From NCBI GenBank assembly GCA_002104945.1, contig MCFH01000033.1, positions 186,001 to 250,000 of the forward strand: a stretch of DNA of 64,000 bases. Direction: 5' to 3'. How positions within the stretch are numbered: position 1 is the first letter of the stretch; the number at the start of each line of letters is the position of its first letter. The notes under the pieces are model-generated. The model saw only the letters and a list, made by a program, of their open reading frames with translations, ran no database searches and was not told the origin of the DNA. Below, piece after piece: positions 25,261 to 39,024 of the stretch. The DNA comes from Piromyces finnis finn. Taxonomy: Eukaryota; Fungi; Neocallimastigomycota. The translations under genes and the position numbers were made by a program.

Positions 25261-25488
25261 AAACTATCAAAAAACTATCATTTAAAAATTATAAACCTTT
25301 TTTTAAAGTAATAATATTAATTTCACTTTCACTTTATAAAAAACTTTGAAAAATAAAATATTATAAAACTCTTTTTTTATTATCAATTTTTTTTATTTTA
25401 ATTTATTTATTTTTTTATATTTTTTATTTTTATTATTATATTTTTATTTTTATTGATACATTTTTATAAATTCAAGATGTATTTATAT

Positions 25489-28346
25489 TTAGTTTCTGCA
25501 CATAACACACCAGTTACCATTTTCAACACCCCACTTTTCAGAGTCAGTGTATACAACAGTAGTAGTAGTCTTACAAACTGGGTAACCATCCTTTGAAGAG
25601 TATGAACAACCAGATGATTGCTTTTCAGCAATACCACACCAGCTATTATTTTCAAATCCCCACTTACCATCAGAGTCACTGTAAACAACATTGTTTCCAC
25701 TACAACATGGGTAACCTAAAGCAACACTGAAACATGAAGCTTGTTGTTGTTGTTCCTTAATAATACACCAGTTACCGTTTTCAATACCCCACTTACCAGT
25801 AGAATCAGTGTAAACGACATCGGCGTTAGAGTTAGCACAGCACTTGTATCCATCAACACTACAGTCATTGTTTTGGTTGTTGTTGTTGTTGTTACCACCA
25901 GCAGTTGAACTACCTTCATTAGTACCTTGAGTATTCTTAATAGCGACCTTAAGTGGAAGATCACCAGCACTCTTACCAACATAAACAGTGTATTCACCAC
26001 CAGTTGGAACAACGAAACTCTTCTTAGAAGTATTGTAGTAAGATAAACCGTGTTGATCAACAGAAAGAGTAACAGTCTTCTTTTGACCAGCCTTTAAGTT
26101 AACCTTTTCGAAAGCCTTTAATCCACGAATTGGGTAATCACCTAATTCAGAAACAGCTGGGAAACCAAGGAAAAGCATTGGAACAGTAGCACCTTCAACT
26201 GAACCGGTGTTTTCAACAGTTAAAGTAGCTTCAAGACCGGTAACATCAGTACCACTCTTCTTAAGAGAAACAGAGAGATCAGAGTAATCGAAAGTGGTGT
26301 AAGAGAGACCGTGACCGAATGGGAAGATTGGAGTCTTGTTCTTCTTATCGAACCAACGGTAACCAACGAATAAACCTTCCTTGTAATCATAAGCAGTCTT
26401 TTGGTTTCCACCCTTTGTAAGTTCAGCTGGGTAAGCAACATCACAACAGTAATCTTCTCTAGCAGCCCAGGTGAATGGAAGGTGACCAGATGGGTTAGAA
26501 TCACCGAATAATACTGAGGCAATAGCGTTACCAGATTCAGCACCTGGCATACCAGCATGAATAACAGCCTTAACATTGTTAAGGAATGGAAGATTAACAG
26601 TAGCTGGAGCGTGAATAACAACGATAGTGTTCTTGTTAACAGCAGCAACACTCTTAACTAAGTCATTACCACCATGCCATAAATCTAAGTTGTTACGGTC
26701 ACCCTTGTTGTTATCAACAACAATGTATTCTTCACCAGAATCGGCTCTAACAAAGACAACAGCGACATCAGCATCTTTAGCAGCATTAGCTCCTTCACTA
26801 GAACTATCAGAAATGGAACTAACAACAGTAATTCCTTCCTTAGAAGCTCTGCTCTTAATTGAAGAATATGGATCAGTAACACCAACGAAATCAGTAGTAC
26901 CAGAACCCCAACCTTGAATGATGTTACCATTAGTACAAGCAGTATCACCACAAGATTGAGCCTTATCAGCATCCTTACCAATAATAGCAATCTTCTTGTA
27001 CTTCTTAGTTAATGGTAAAATGCTATCAGCATTCTTTAATAAAATAGTACTTTCAATAGCAGCTTGTCTGTTAGTATCAGCGTGCATACTTTGAGCCTTA
27101 AGGTTAACATTTGGATAACCACTCATTTGATCAAATCTGTATAAAGTACGAATAATACGGTTAACAGCATCATCTAAACGAGATTTGTTAACTTTTCCGT
27201 TCTTAATAGCAGTTGAAATGTTAGATCCCCAGAAAGAGTTGTTAATATAGTCTGGACCCCAAGCCTTACCACCTGGCATGTTCATATCCATACCAGCATT
27301 GAAACTACCTTCTAAATCATGAATAGCCCACCAATCGGACATAACAAAACCTTGGAAACCAATTTGTTCCTTTAAAATTTCGGTAAGAATTTTCTTGTTT
27401 TGAACAACGTAAACATCATTAACAGCATTGTATGAAGCCATAACAGAACCAGCATCACCATCCTTAATAGTTCTGTAGAATGGTTCAATGTGGATTTCCA
27501 TTAAAGTTTGTTCATCCATATTAGATGTAGAGGCTTCACGGTTATGTTCAACATCATTAGCAACAAAGTGCTTAGCAGCAACAATAACACCAGAATCTTG
27601 ATAACCCTTAGTAATTTGAGTACCACAAACACCAGATAAGTATGGATCTTCACCAAAGTTTTCCCAAACTCTACCACTAGCTGGAGCACGAAGAATATTC
27701 ATAGATGGGGCAAGAGCAACATTAATACCCTTAGCATAGAATTCAGCACCTTGGTCCTTACCAATTTGATAGAGTAATTCCTTGTTGAAAGTAGCAGCAC
27801 TGTTAATACCAGCTAATTTATTTCATAATTTCATTTAGTACTTTTGCTTTTACTCAAATATTAATTATATATATTTGCATTATTTACCTTGCCAAGTAGT
27901 TGAGGTTCCACCATTAAAACGAACACCAGCTGGACCATCTTGAAGACATAAACCCTTAAAGTCTATGAATTATCAAATAATAATATTATTTTTATTTTAA
28001 TAAATATTCTATTTTTTTCAAATTTTATTAAAATTACTTTCTTTACTTACTCTTTCTATCGAGTGGCTTAATGTTACCAACACAAGTACCTTGCATATTT
28101 AAGTAACCTTTTTTTTTTTTTAATTTTAATATTAATAATACACTTTCATACAAATGATATTTTTAAAATTATATTAAAAAAAATTACAAAAAAATAATAT
28201 ATACCAGTAACAATATCAATCTTTTCACTTTCAGATAAATCACTCATAAAGGTCTTAGCCTTTTGATCAGCTTCACTCCAAGAAGTGGCTAAAACTTGTG
28301 AGAAAAGACCACAAGAAAGGGCAACTAAAATGTTTTGAACCTTCAT
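25489..28346 (-). CDS. cel3A: Cellulosomal GH3 beta-glucosidase with signal peptide, fn3-like domain and three fungal dockerin (CBM10/NCDD) modules
   Basis: Exons 28346-28205, 28107-28051, 27962-27888 and 27812-25489, all GT-AG and in frame. GH3 motifs LQDGPAGVR, GRVWENFGEDP, KHF, VMSDW (nucleophile) and SGEEY (acid/base). Three C-terminal GYxxC...VYxDxxxxWGxENxxWC repeats. Strong high-expression codon bias. Confidence 0.95.
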
Positions 28347-30537
28347 TTTATTTTATTTAATTTACTAATTATTTTTTATATTATTTTACTTCTAAAATTA
28401 TTTATTATACTGATCAACAGTATACTTTTTTAGTTTTATTAAATTTATTCAATATACAAAATTATTTTTGTTGAATTAATTTTCCTTTGTTATTAATAAA
28501 ATCTATTATTAATAATAAAGATTAAATAAAAATAAAAAAAAACGAAATATATTTAAAAAGAATATGGAAATATAATTTATTTATATATAAATTTTTATTC
28601 TTTCAACCAAAAAAAAAAATAATAATAATTTATTAAAACAAAAAAAATCTTAATAATTAAAGTTAAATGTATTTTAAATTCCTTAAATATATAAAAAATT
28701 AATTAATGTCAATATATTATTAATTCATTTTAATATATGCATATTAATATCTCATTAATTCTTTCATCCTTAATTCCTTATATAAATAAATTTTTTCAAA
28801 AAATAGAATTTTTTAAAAATTTAATATAATAATTAAGCTTTGCTAACTCTAAATCTTAACCAATAATACTTTTTTTAATTTACTTGTGTTTTAGTATTGT
28901 TAATACTGTTGGATTATATTTATATTAATAAATAATATATTATTTATTAATATATTTTGTTGAAATGAATATATTTATTATAATATTGATGATCATTTAA
29001 ATCATTTTATCCTTTTAATTTCTAATATATTATTAATATTTTATGGTATATTTGTATATTAAATTATATATTAGGTTTTCATTTCCATTTATTTATAAAT
29101 TAAGGTTACCGCATAATTGTTTCATTATACCTTTCTTGAAACAAAAAAAATTAATTAATATAGTTTATTTATATATAAATTTTTTTACCATAAAAATAGT
29201 TGATATAGGATGTATTAACCCTTAATTATCAAAAGTCTAATAAGTATTATAAATATGTCAATACTTTTTTTGTATACAACGCATGCTTTCATTATTCCAA
29301 ATTTCAAACAAAAATATATTATAAATAATATGATTCTTTAGGTGTAGTTAATATGAAATAAAATAATGAATTTTTAATACTTTAATATATATTATATATA
29401 TTAGTAAATTGAATATTGAATATCTAGTGATACAAATATTCACATAAACTTGATAATTAAAAGTATTTAAAAATAATTACATCAACAATAGACAAGTGAG
29501 ATATCTTAAAATTGAATATAACTTTTTTTGTTTTGTTTTTAATTATAAAGTATATAATTATCCATAATAACATATTCTAAGTTTAGTTTAAATTATATTA
29601 AATAGGGTTAATTAGATTCTTCTTACTTTGTTAACCTGTAAATACTTTCCCAAATTTTTAATTTGTTTTAATATATAAAAAATATAAGAAAATGGAAAAT
29701 AAAAAGTTTTATTTCTAATATTATATAATATATTATATAATATATTGTATATATATTATTATATATTTATATTTTTTATATATAAAAATTTCAATTCAAA
29801 AGATTGGATATGAATAATGTAAAAAAATTTAGAATTAAAGTTTTAAATTATTTTGTCCCAAAATTTTAATAACTTTTTAAAAATTGAAGGAAAATTAAAT
29901 AGTGATATAGGTATAATATAAAAAATAAAAAAACAGTGTAACAGTTGAATACAAACTTTAAGTAATAATAATCTAACAATATAAAATATCATTAATAAAT
30001 GAACATGCTTTCTCTTATATTTTATAGGATAAAATCAGGTTAATAATAAGGAAAATAAATTCTTTATAATATTTAATATAAAAATATATATTTCCTTTTT
30101 TAAAATTCTGTATTAAAATTGTATTATATTATTAAGGAATTTTAAATATAATGTTCATGTAATATTAAATTTTTATTTAAATATTTGTTTAAATGGTTAA
30201 TACATTTAGAGAAAAAAAAATGAATAAATAAGAATCATGATTGTTTTTTTGCTTTACTTTTTTTAAAAAAAAATAATAAAAAAATAAATAAATAAATAAA
30301 TAAAAAAGGTATATTTATGATTTTCCAAAACTATTTTATTTTTATTTCTCGATTTTTTTTACTTTGGTTTGTACGATTTGTATAATAAGAAATAAATAAA
30401 TTTATTTAATGAAATAATAAATAATAATATATGAGTTTTTTTTTTTTTTTTTTTACACTTTTTATTATATATTGATATCTTATTTTTTTAATTATTATTT
30501 TATTTAATTAAATAATAAATAATACCTCAATAAATTA

Positions 30538-30880
30538 TTATTCTATATTTAGCCAATTCATTAATTCTTCTGCATCCGTTTTTGCTGGGGATAAAATAGT
30601 ATGATTATTGTCTGCAATTAAATTAGAATTTGATGACAATGTTTGTTTTAATTCTTGAGATGGGCTAAATCTAGATATCTTTTTTAATAGTTTTATATAC
30701 TCCATATAATAATCAACTGAAAGTTGGTGTTGAGAATTGCTTATCGCTTCATTAGAGACTCCATTATTAATATTATTTGTTATAATACTAAAATTATTAG
30801 TATTACTAAAAATACTCTTATTGAATATGGTTTCATCTTCCGAAATTCCTGAAGATAAATAAGGAATTGAATCAATGGTA

Positions 30881-30926
<46 letters not shown>

Positions 30927-31942
30927 ATTCTCTTTTAATTGGAGTTTGATTATAATTGATATTTTCTTTATTTTTGCTACCCATATCAATAGGTCTATAA
31001 AATTTTGATATAAATTTAGGACTTTTCCTATTACTAATAGGTGATTTTAAATATTTACAATTAATAATATTACTTATATCTCGTAATGGATAATCTGAAG
31101 TGCTTTTCGAATTCCGTTTTTCAGATATTGGAGAATTAATAGATTGTATATTTTTAGTAGGGGTATCCATTGTTAAAAACTGTTTTTGCATAGTAATGAC
31201 ATCTAATAGTGGTGATGATGGTTCACCTATAATATCATATTCATTAGTTATAACATCTTTATTAACTTTCATCTTTTTAACTTTAGGTACAAATTCAAAT
31301 AAATCGTCTGTTTGAATACATTTATCAACCTTTTGAGGTATATTATTAATATGAAAAGATTTGCTTTTTCCGATACAATTATATGGCACAGAATTTGTTC
31401 TTTTCATAAGAATATCCAATAAATTAGGTTTTTTCGAATTAGAAATAGGGGTATTACTTTCTTTTAAAATACTTGATTTACTATTTTCTTCGTTATTATC
31501 TTCATTTTGGTCATTTTTAATTAACTTTATACTTTCGGTATCAATTTTATCATTTAGATTACTTGGAATATCATTTTCATCTCTTAATTTTCTTTTCTTT
31601 GAAACTTTTAATTTATCTTTTCTATTATTTACTTTTTCATGTTCTTTACAATACTAAAATTAAAAAAAGTTTTAGTTTATATTAATTCATTTAATTATAA
31701 ATAATGATAAATATAATAATTAATTAACTTTAAAATTAATAATTTTTTAATATTTTAAATTTTGTAATTTCTTAATATACTTATTAAAATTTATATTTTT
31801 CTTCAACAACATTAAAACATTTTAACATATTTTAGCAACTTACTTTATGATTATTGGATCTTCTAATAAATTTATTTTTACAATTTTCATATTCACATAT
31901 TTTGATTCTTGAACTATTTAAGGGCAATGCTTGATTTATCAT
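30538..31942 (-). CDS. Two-exon ~404-aa protein with an N-terminal CX4C...CX2H finger and a Ser/Asn-rich disordered remainder
   Basis: Exon 1 (31942-31844, 33 codons, ends ...NNHK|gtaagt) splices to exon 2 (31653-30538, ttttag|YCKEH), in frame with track ORF 30538-31419. The splice creates CEYENC-x12-YCKEH. Confidence 0.7.
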
Positions 31943-32873
31943 TGTGAAAAATTGAAAAATGTACAAAGAACCAATAATACTTTAATATTGTGTATTTTTT
32001 TTTTCTTTTCTTTTTTACCTCTTGCTTTTATATTTTATTATTATTGTTATTTTCAGTATAAGAAATTTGAAATTTGCTATATATTAAATTTACAAATTAT
32101 AAAAAGTTAAATTCATGAAAAAATAAGGAGTAAGATATAAACATTTAAATATAGAGTATGTAAATAAAAAGTAATGTTAAAAATGATAAATTATTATGCT
32201 ATTTTTATTTTTATTATAATAAAAATAAATCTAAATTTTTTGTAATTTTTTTCTTTTTAAAAAAATTGAATTTCGAAATTTGTGTTTAAAAAATTAGAAA
32301 ATAAGTAATAAGATTTCTTTATTTATTTTTCAAGGATTAATAATTGTAACTTTTTATCTATTAATTATTTTAGGTATTTATAAAATATATATATGATATA
32401 ATAAAAAAAAATGATTTAAAAGTAGTAAAATGATTTTTAATTACAATATTATACTTAACTTTAAAAAAAAAAAAAAAAAAAAAAAATTAAAAATTGTTGT
32501 CTTGCTTTTTTTACATATATTAATATAAATTATTGTAAAAAAAAAAATGTAAAATTTTATTTATTAAACATTTTTTAAATTTTTTTTTAAAGTTTTGGAA
32601 GTACAAAAAATATGAAATTTTAATTTTAAATAATCACTTGAATATCATTTGTTTTAAAATTTTTATTCATAAAAAAATAAAAAAGTAACTTTTTTTAAAT
32701 AATATAAAAAAATATTATATGGTATTTTAATACATTTAAAATGAAATTCTTAAAAATAAAAACACAATAAAAATTATAAATATTTGAATAATTACAAAAT
32801 AAAAAAAATAAAAAAGGAAATATAATATAATATAAATTTGTATAATATTTATAATAATAAAATATTAATAATA

Positions 32874-35775
32874 ATGAGTAATGAGGTTGAATGTATAGAA
32901 GAAAGTGAGGAAGAAAAAAGAAATATCGAAATTAAAAAAATCGAAAACGAGAAAGAAAAAATAATTGAAGATAATAATACTGTTAAAGAAACTGAATTGA
33001 AAATTTCAACAAAGAGAAAATGGGAAGAGGTTGGTATAAATAAAAATAAATAAATTCAACATATATAAATTATTGTTATTTTCATTTTTTTAAAAATTAT
33101 AAATATTAATAATAATTTCAACCAAATTAATCAATAAAGGCAAATTCTTGCCCAATATGTCTTTCACCATGGTCCTCTACAGGGGACCATCAAATTGCTT
33201 CTTTAAAATGTAAATTTCTAAAATTATAACAATGTTTAAATACAATAAGAATTTGAAATTTTAATTTTTATTATTTTTTTTAAATGTATTTTCATGTTTT
33301 TATTAGGTGGACATTTATTTGGTTATAGGTATATATATATATTTTTATTTCTATTTTTATTAAAAATTGTAAATTCTAATATTATAATAATAATTTTTAT
33401 TAATAAAAAATAAATACACTTAAAGTTGCATTTTAAAATGGTTAAGAGCAAAAAGCACAAAAGAAAGTAGATGTCCTTGCTGCAAGTATATATCATAAGT
33501 TTTATTTGTAATAAAAATAAAATATTATAAAAGCTTTCGATATTAAAATATATATATTTTTTTTAAAAAAAAAAAAAAAAAAAGTTCACATGCCATAGTA
33601 AGAAATGTTCGGAAGCTTTATGCTTGTAATATAAAAGTTGAAGATAATTCACAATATGAATCAGTCAAAAAGGAAAAAGATGAAATGAATAATTATTGTA
33701 AAATGTTGAACAAGGAAAAAACTCATTATCAAGTATATTCAAGAATAGCTAATGGACAATTACTCTCACAAAAAAATATGATAAATGATTATAAACAACA
33801 ATTAAAAAAATTAAAAAAAAAAAATTCTAATAAAAATAAATATCAATTTAATACTACCTTTGTAATAGATAATAATGTAATATATATTTTATAATTAATT
33901 TTCCTTTTTTAAATAATATAAAAAAGTTATTATTGATATTTTTATATTGGACTTTATAACATTTATAATATATATATATATATATTAAAAATAAAAATAG
34001 TTAAGATCTTCAAGGATTTTGTCATTCAATTCAATAGAAAAGGTGTTATATGGTAAAAAATAAATTATAAAGATTTAAATAATATATATATATATATAAA
34101 GCTTTATAGAAAATATTTAAACTAAAATACTATATATTTTTTATTTTTATTTAAAATAGCATCAAAATCACTTAATCCACAAAATTTTGGAATTGTCAAA
34201 ATAGACCTTCAAAAAAATAGTGTTGGAGAATATTATCAGTTACATGAAAAAATGATAAAAGACATTCATTGCAACCCTGTAAATGGAAATATATTATCTT
34301 GTTCAATCGATAAAACTATTCAAATATTTTCAAATAAAACAAAAGATATTGATATATGGTATATATATATAATAAAACAATAAAATAAAAATTTAATTTT
34401 TTTTTACAAAATTATTTATAATTATATGTATATATATATATATAAATGAAACATAGTATACCTTTAGATTCTGCTTGTTGGAGTTGTTGTTGTAAATATA
34501 AATACTATTATTTAATAGAGTATTTCATTATTTTTAAAGTTTTAAAATGTTATTAAAAAATGATATCTATTAATTCGCTTAATTTAATTAGGGTCAACTT
34601 ATAATGAAAATCAAATATTTGCAGGTTTATCAAATAATTCCATATTAATGTATGACATAAGGAATTTATCATCTTATTGCTCAAAATTAAATGGTGGTTC
34701 AAATAAACCAATTCATTCATTAATATATGTTAACAATTTAAATAATGGAAATTCATCAGAAAAAGTAAGCTCAGGAATTCTTGGCGCAAGTTTAGATTCA
34801 ATATTTTATCATGACCAAAAAACAATTGAAGATGGAAGTGTTACAAATAATGACAGCCTACCTAAATTAACATATCAACAACAAAATAATACAAAACTAA
34901 AAGACCAACAATCAAATCAAACAAAATGTAATAATAGTATAATAGAACACTTAAATATTTATAAGAATAATAATTGATAATAATCATCTCAATTATTTAA
35001 AAATTATTAAATTTAGGTTCTTGTATATCTTTGTCTTTTGATCCACTAACTCAGCAAGTCTTATCAACATGGAGGTCTTCTTCTTCTTCTGGACTGTTAA
35101 CAAATTATAATATTGATTATTTAAATTACTCACCAAGTAATCAAATAAACACTTCCACTACTATACAATCACCAACAAAAAGTGGTAATTTTATGTCCAG
35201 TTATGATTATATGAGAGAACTTGAAAATAAACCTAAATACCCAGTATCTTTTGAAAGAATACAAGAAATCTATGGTTATTCTGGACAAAAGTTTATTACA
35301 AGAAATACTATTTTTTCTGAGTATAAGCAATCAGAATCATTAATTGATGAATCGGCAATTGAAAATAATGAATTAGAAACCTTTGTTTGTGCAAGTGATG
35401 AAGGTTCTTGTTCAGTTAAGTATTTAACAATTAATAGATAAATGTGATATATATTGTTTTGTTTTTATTTATATTGCTATTATTTTTTATGTCAATTAAC
35501 ATCTTTTATTAATTTTATATCATTTTTATTATAACATGATTGATAATATAGTCTATCATTTGGAAATGTCATAGGGACAATAAATTTTCATTGGCTTATC
35601 ATTCTTTATACCAAGAATTACCTTCGGAAAATAAATCTGTAATTTTAGATATTAAGCATTGTCCATTAACAAATACTCATAGTAATATATTAGCATGTCT
35701 AACGGGTGATCAAGTATTTTTTTATAAAAAATAGTTTTTTTTTTTGTTTGTTTGTTCGCTTGTTTTTATTATTAG

Positions 35776-35807
<32 letters not shown>

Positions 35808-35876
35808 AATGACTTTAAAATAATATAGATCTATTATATAATAAGATTGTTAGAATCCATATCCTTTTGTAAATAA
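32874..35876 (+). CDS. RFWD3: RING-finger / coiled-coil / WD40 E3 ubiquitin ligase, RFWD3-like (multi-exon; last exon approximate)
   Basis: Spliced RING CPICLSPWSSTGDHQIASLKCGHLFGY..CILKWL....CPCC resembles RFWD3 (C..C...W...GDH....L.CGHLFG..CI..WL). WD40 segments HEKMIKDIH...ILSCSIDKTIQIF and CWSCCW...QIFAGLSNNSILMYDIRN. Confidence 0.85.
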
Positions 35877-36135
35877 AGGATTATACCTTTTTTTATGAAA
35901 TTTTTTTTTTAATTATTTATTTATATTTATTCATCTAATTTATTAACTACAAATAATAATCAAAATAAATAATTGACAATAAAATATAAATGAAAAAAAA
36001 AGTATTGTTTAAATTAATTTATATAGATGGTATATTAGGCTAAACTTTTAAAATAAAAAGAAAGAAAAGAAAGAAAAAAAAAAGCTATAGTTATATGTTA
36101 ATTATATATTTAATATTTCCATAAACTTTTATGTT

Positions 36136-37532
36136 TTATATTTGCATTTCATAACGAATTCCCATGGATGATTTTGGTTCATAACCCATTTTCTTTAATC
36201 TATCAGCTGCAATTCTTTCATCATAAATTTTCTTTAAATCCTTTAATTGATCTTCTGTCATCATTATTCCTGAAGTAGTTGAACGTTTATTTTTATTTAA
36301 TTGGCGATGTCTTTTTTCGTCTTGAAGAATGTCAGTAACTGTTGTACTCTCTTCCTCATAACCAAATGGATTCTTTTTACGTTCTTCCATCTCATACTTA
36401 TCTAAGTTATAATATTTAACTATTTATATATAAATTTTATAATTAGTTTTTTAATCCAATTAAATATATAATTATTATTTTTTTTTTTAAAAAATTAATT
36501 TATACTTACTATGTGGTAACGTTACAGTATTATAATCTATATAAATGAAATAAAAAAAAAATGTTAAAATAACGGTTTAATCACTGAAATAATATTACTA
36601 TTATTTATTAATATTACAAAAAAAAAAAAAAAAAAAGACATTATTTACCTTCCATATATTCAGCAAAATATTGTTTCATTCCTGATGGTGGTAAAGACTC
36701 AACAGATATATTTTTTACTTCAATTAACCAGCATCTAAATTCTGCTTCTTTTGTATATATATCAGATTCATGAATAATACCATATGCTCCATATTCTAAT
36801 TTTTTTTGTTTTTTATTATGTTTTTCTTTTTTCTTTAAAATTTAGAAATAATTATAAATTTTAAATAATATTTTGTTAATTCAATGAATTTCAAAATTAT
36901 AGAAAAAAAAAAAAAAAGGGCTTTATTAAATTTCGAAATAAAATATTATATACCTTTAATTTCTTCAATTTTCTTTTTTTTTCCTTTCTTCTTTTTTTTC
37001 TATGATAATCAGAATCGCTTGATGACGATGAAGACAAATCTGATGAATATGAACTTGATGATGAACTTGAACTTCGTCTATGATGTTTAGATCTTTTATG
37101 TTTTTCTTTTTTACTATGATGTTTGCTATGTGATGATTTTCTTCTATTATGACTAGTCTTTCTTCTGGATCTATGACTACTGCGACTGCGACTGCGACTA
37201 CGACTACGACTACGACTACGACTTGAACTTACACTACGACTGCTGCTTCTACTTGAGCTATAATTTCTTGAATTACTTCTACTTCTACTAAAACTTCTAT
37301 TTCTTTTCCTTCCTCTTTCAACACTACGACTTCTGCTGCGTCTGTTGTCTCTTCTACTTTTTTCAATACTACGACTTCTACTTCTATGATCCCTATCTCT
37401 TCTATTATCTCTTATTTCTTTATCTCTGCTTCTATCCCTACTTAAACTTTTATTATCCTTTTTTTCTGTATTTGAATATTTTTCTTTATCATGATCTTCC
37501 AAAGATCCATGTCTTTCCTTTGAAGTACCCAT
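36136..37532 (-). CDS. RS/SR-rich nuclear protein with a conserved C-terminal helical domain
   Basis: Exon 1 encodes Arg/Ser dipeptide repeats and Lys/His runs. Later exons read YGIIHESDIYTKEAEFRCWLIEVK...YFAEYMEDYNTVTLPHSKYYNL, then DEKRHR...RLKKMGYEPKSSMGIRYE. This resembles a widespread uncharacterised eukaryotic family; it is not the NKAP C-terminus. Confidence 0.75.
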
Positions 37533-39024
37533 TATTTATAATTATATATGTTGAATAATAGATATTACCAATCAAAATAAAAAAAATCTTCATATATTCA
37601 TTTTTTAAAACAATTAAATAAAATAATATATTAGAACAAATTCATTAATTTTAAAAAAATGATTATTTTAATTTTACTTATATATATTAATATTTTCTGT
37701 TTATAAAAGTAATATTATATTGTTTTATTTTAAGTTTTAAACATTCTTTTTATATAATATTTTATTCTTTATATTTTCAATTTGAAATTTTAATTTGAAT
37801 TTTTTATTTTAATCAAAATGTAAAAAGAAATAAATATTAAGTATCTATATATTGGCTTTTTTTTAGTAGATTATATATATAATATTATAGAGTATTCATA
37901 TAGTATTTGTTTATTTAAATTATTTATTTCTTTTACCTTTGGTCTTTTAATTTCATTAAAATAAAAAAAAAAGATAATTTTTATAATTTTTAATAAATTA
38001 AAAAATATATATATATTTTTTTTATTATATTAAAAATTTAAATGTCAATTTTAATTATTAATATTTAAATTTTTTTAGAATTTGATAGTAATAAAAAAAA
38101 ATCATATTAAAATAGATATTTTATAATGCTTAATGAAAATATTCTTTACTATTAAAAACATTATATATTATTGAAATATGGGCTAAACATTTTTTTTTTT
38201 TTGATTTTATCAATATTCTACTAAACAGAGAAAACATTAGCATAATGAATAATATTTATATCACATTTATACATATTTTATACGCTTTGAAAATATATAT
38301 AAACTTTATATTAAATCGCTATTCATAAATAATAATATAATTGCTTTTTTAATTATTCATTTGTTTGAACTAGTTTATCTAAAGCAATATCTTTCATTTT
38401 TAGACTTTTTGTTAAATAAAAGATAATTATAAAAATGTATTTAATAATTAAATGAATAAATCTTGGTTTAGATAAATGTATATCTTATATGTGGCGTACT
38501 ACTATGTATAATATTATATATAGTTAATGGATTAGGTATTAGCAAGGTGAATATTATAAAGGAAAAATATATTGATCAACATCAACCAAATTCAATTTTA
38601 AAATTTATTGTAACAAAAGTTTAATTTTAATTACTTTGAAATTTTAAATTAATTTCAAATAAATAAATAAATTAAAAAAAAAATATTAAAAAATAAATAT
38701 TAAAATACTATTAATTATTCTCCAAATAAAATAAAATAAAAAAAAAAAAATCATATATTCACATAATACCTAATATAAAAGAATAAAAAAGTAAAAGGTT
38801 TCTATATAATTATATAATATTAAAAACAAAATATATAATTTATATTTAATAATTTTACATACCTAAAGTATTCTATATTTAATATACAAAAAGTAAATTT
38901 CCCATTGCTTTAACATTTATATTACTAATTAATTACATTTATAAATTAAAAATTATATAAAAATAAATAATAAGCAAAACATCATAATAAAAAAAGACTG
39001 GTTTTAACAAATTATAATTCAACA

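Noticed and set aside
25464-27689. Several 60-140-aa ORFs overlapping cel3A
   Set aside because: By-products of extreme codon bias (few stops in alternative frames).
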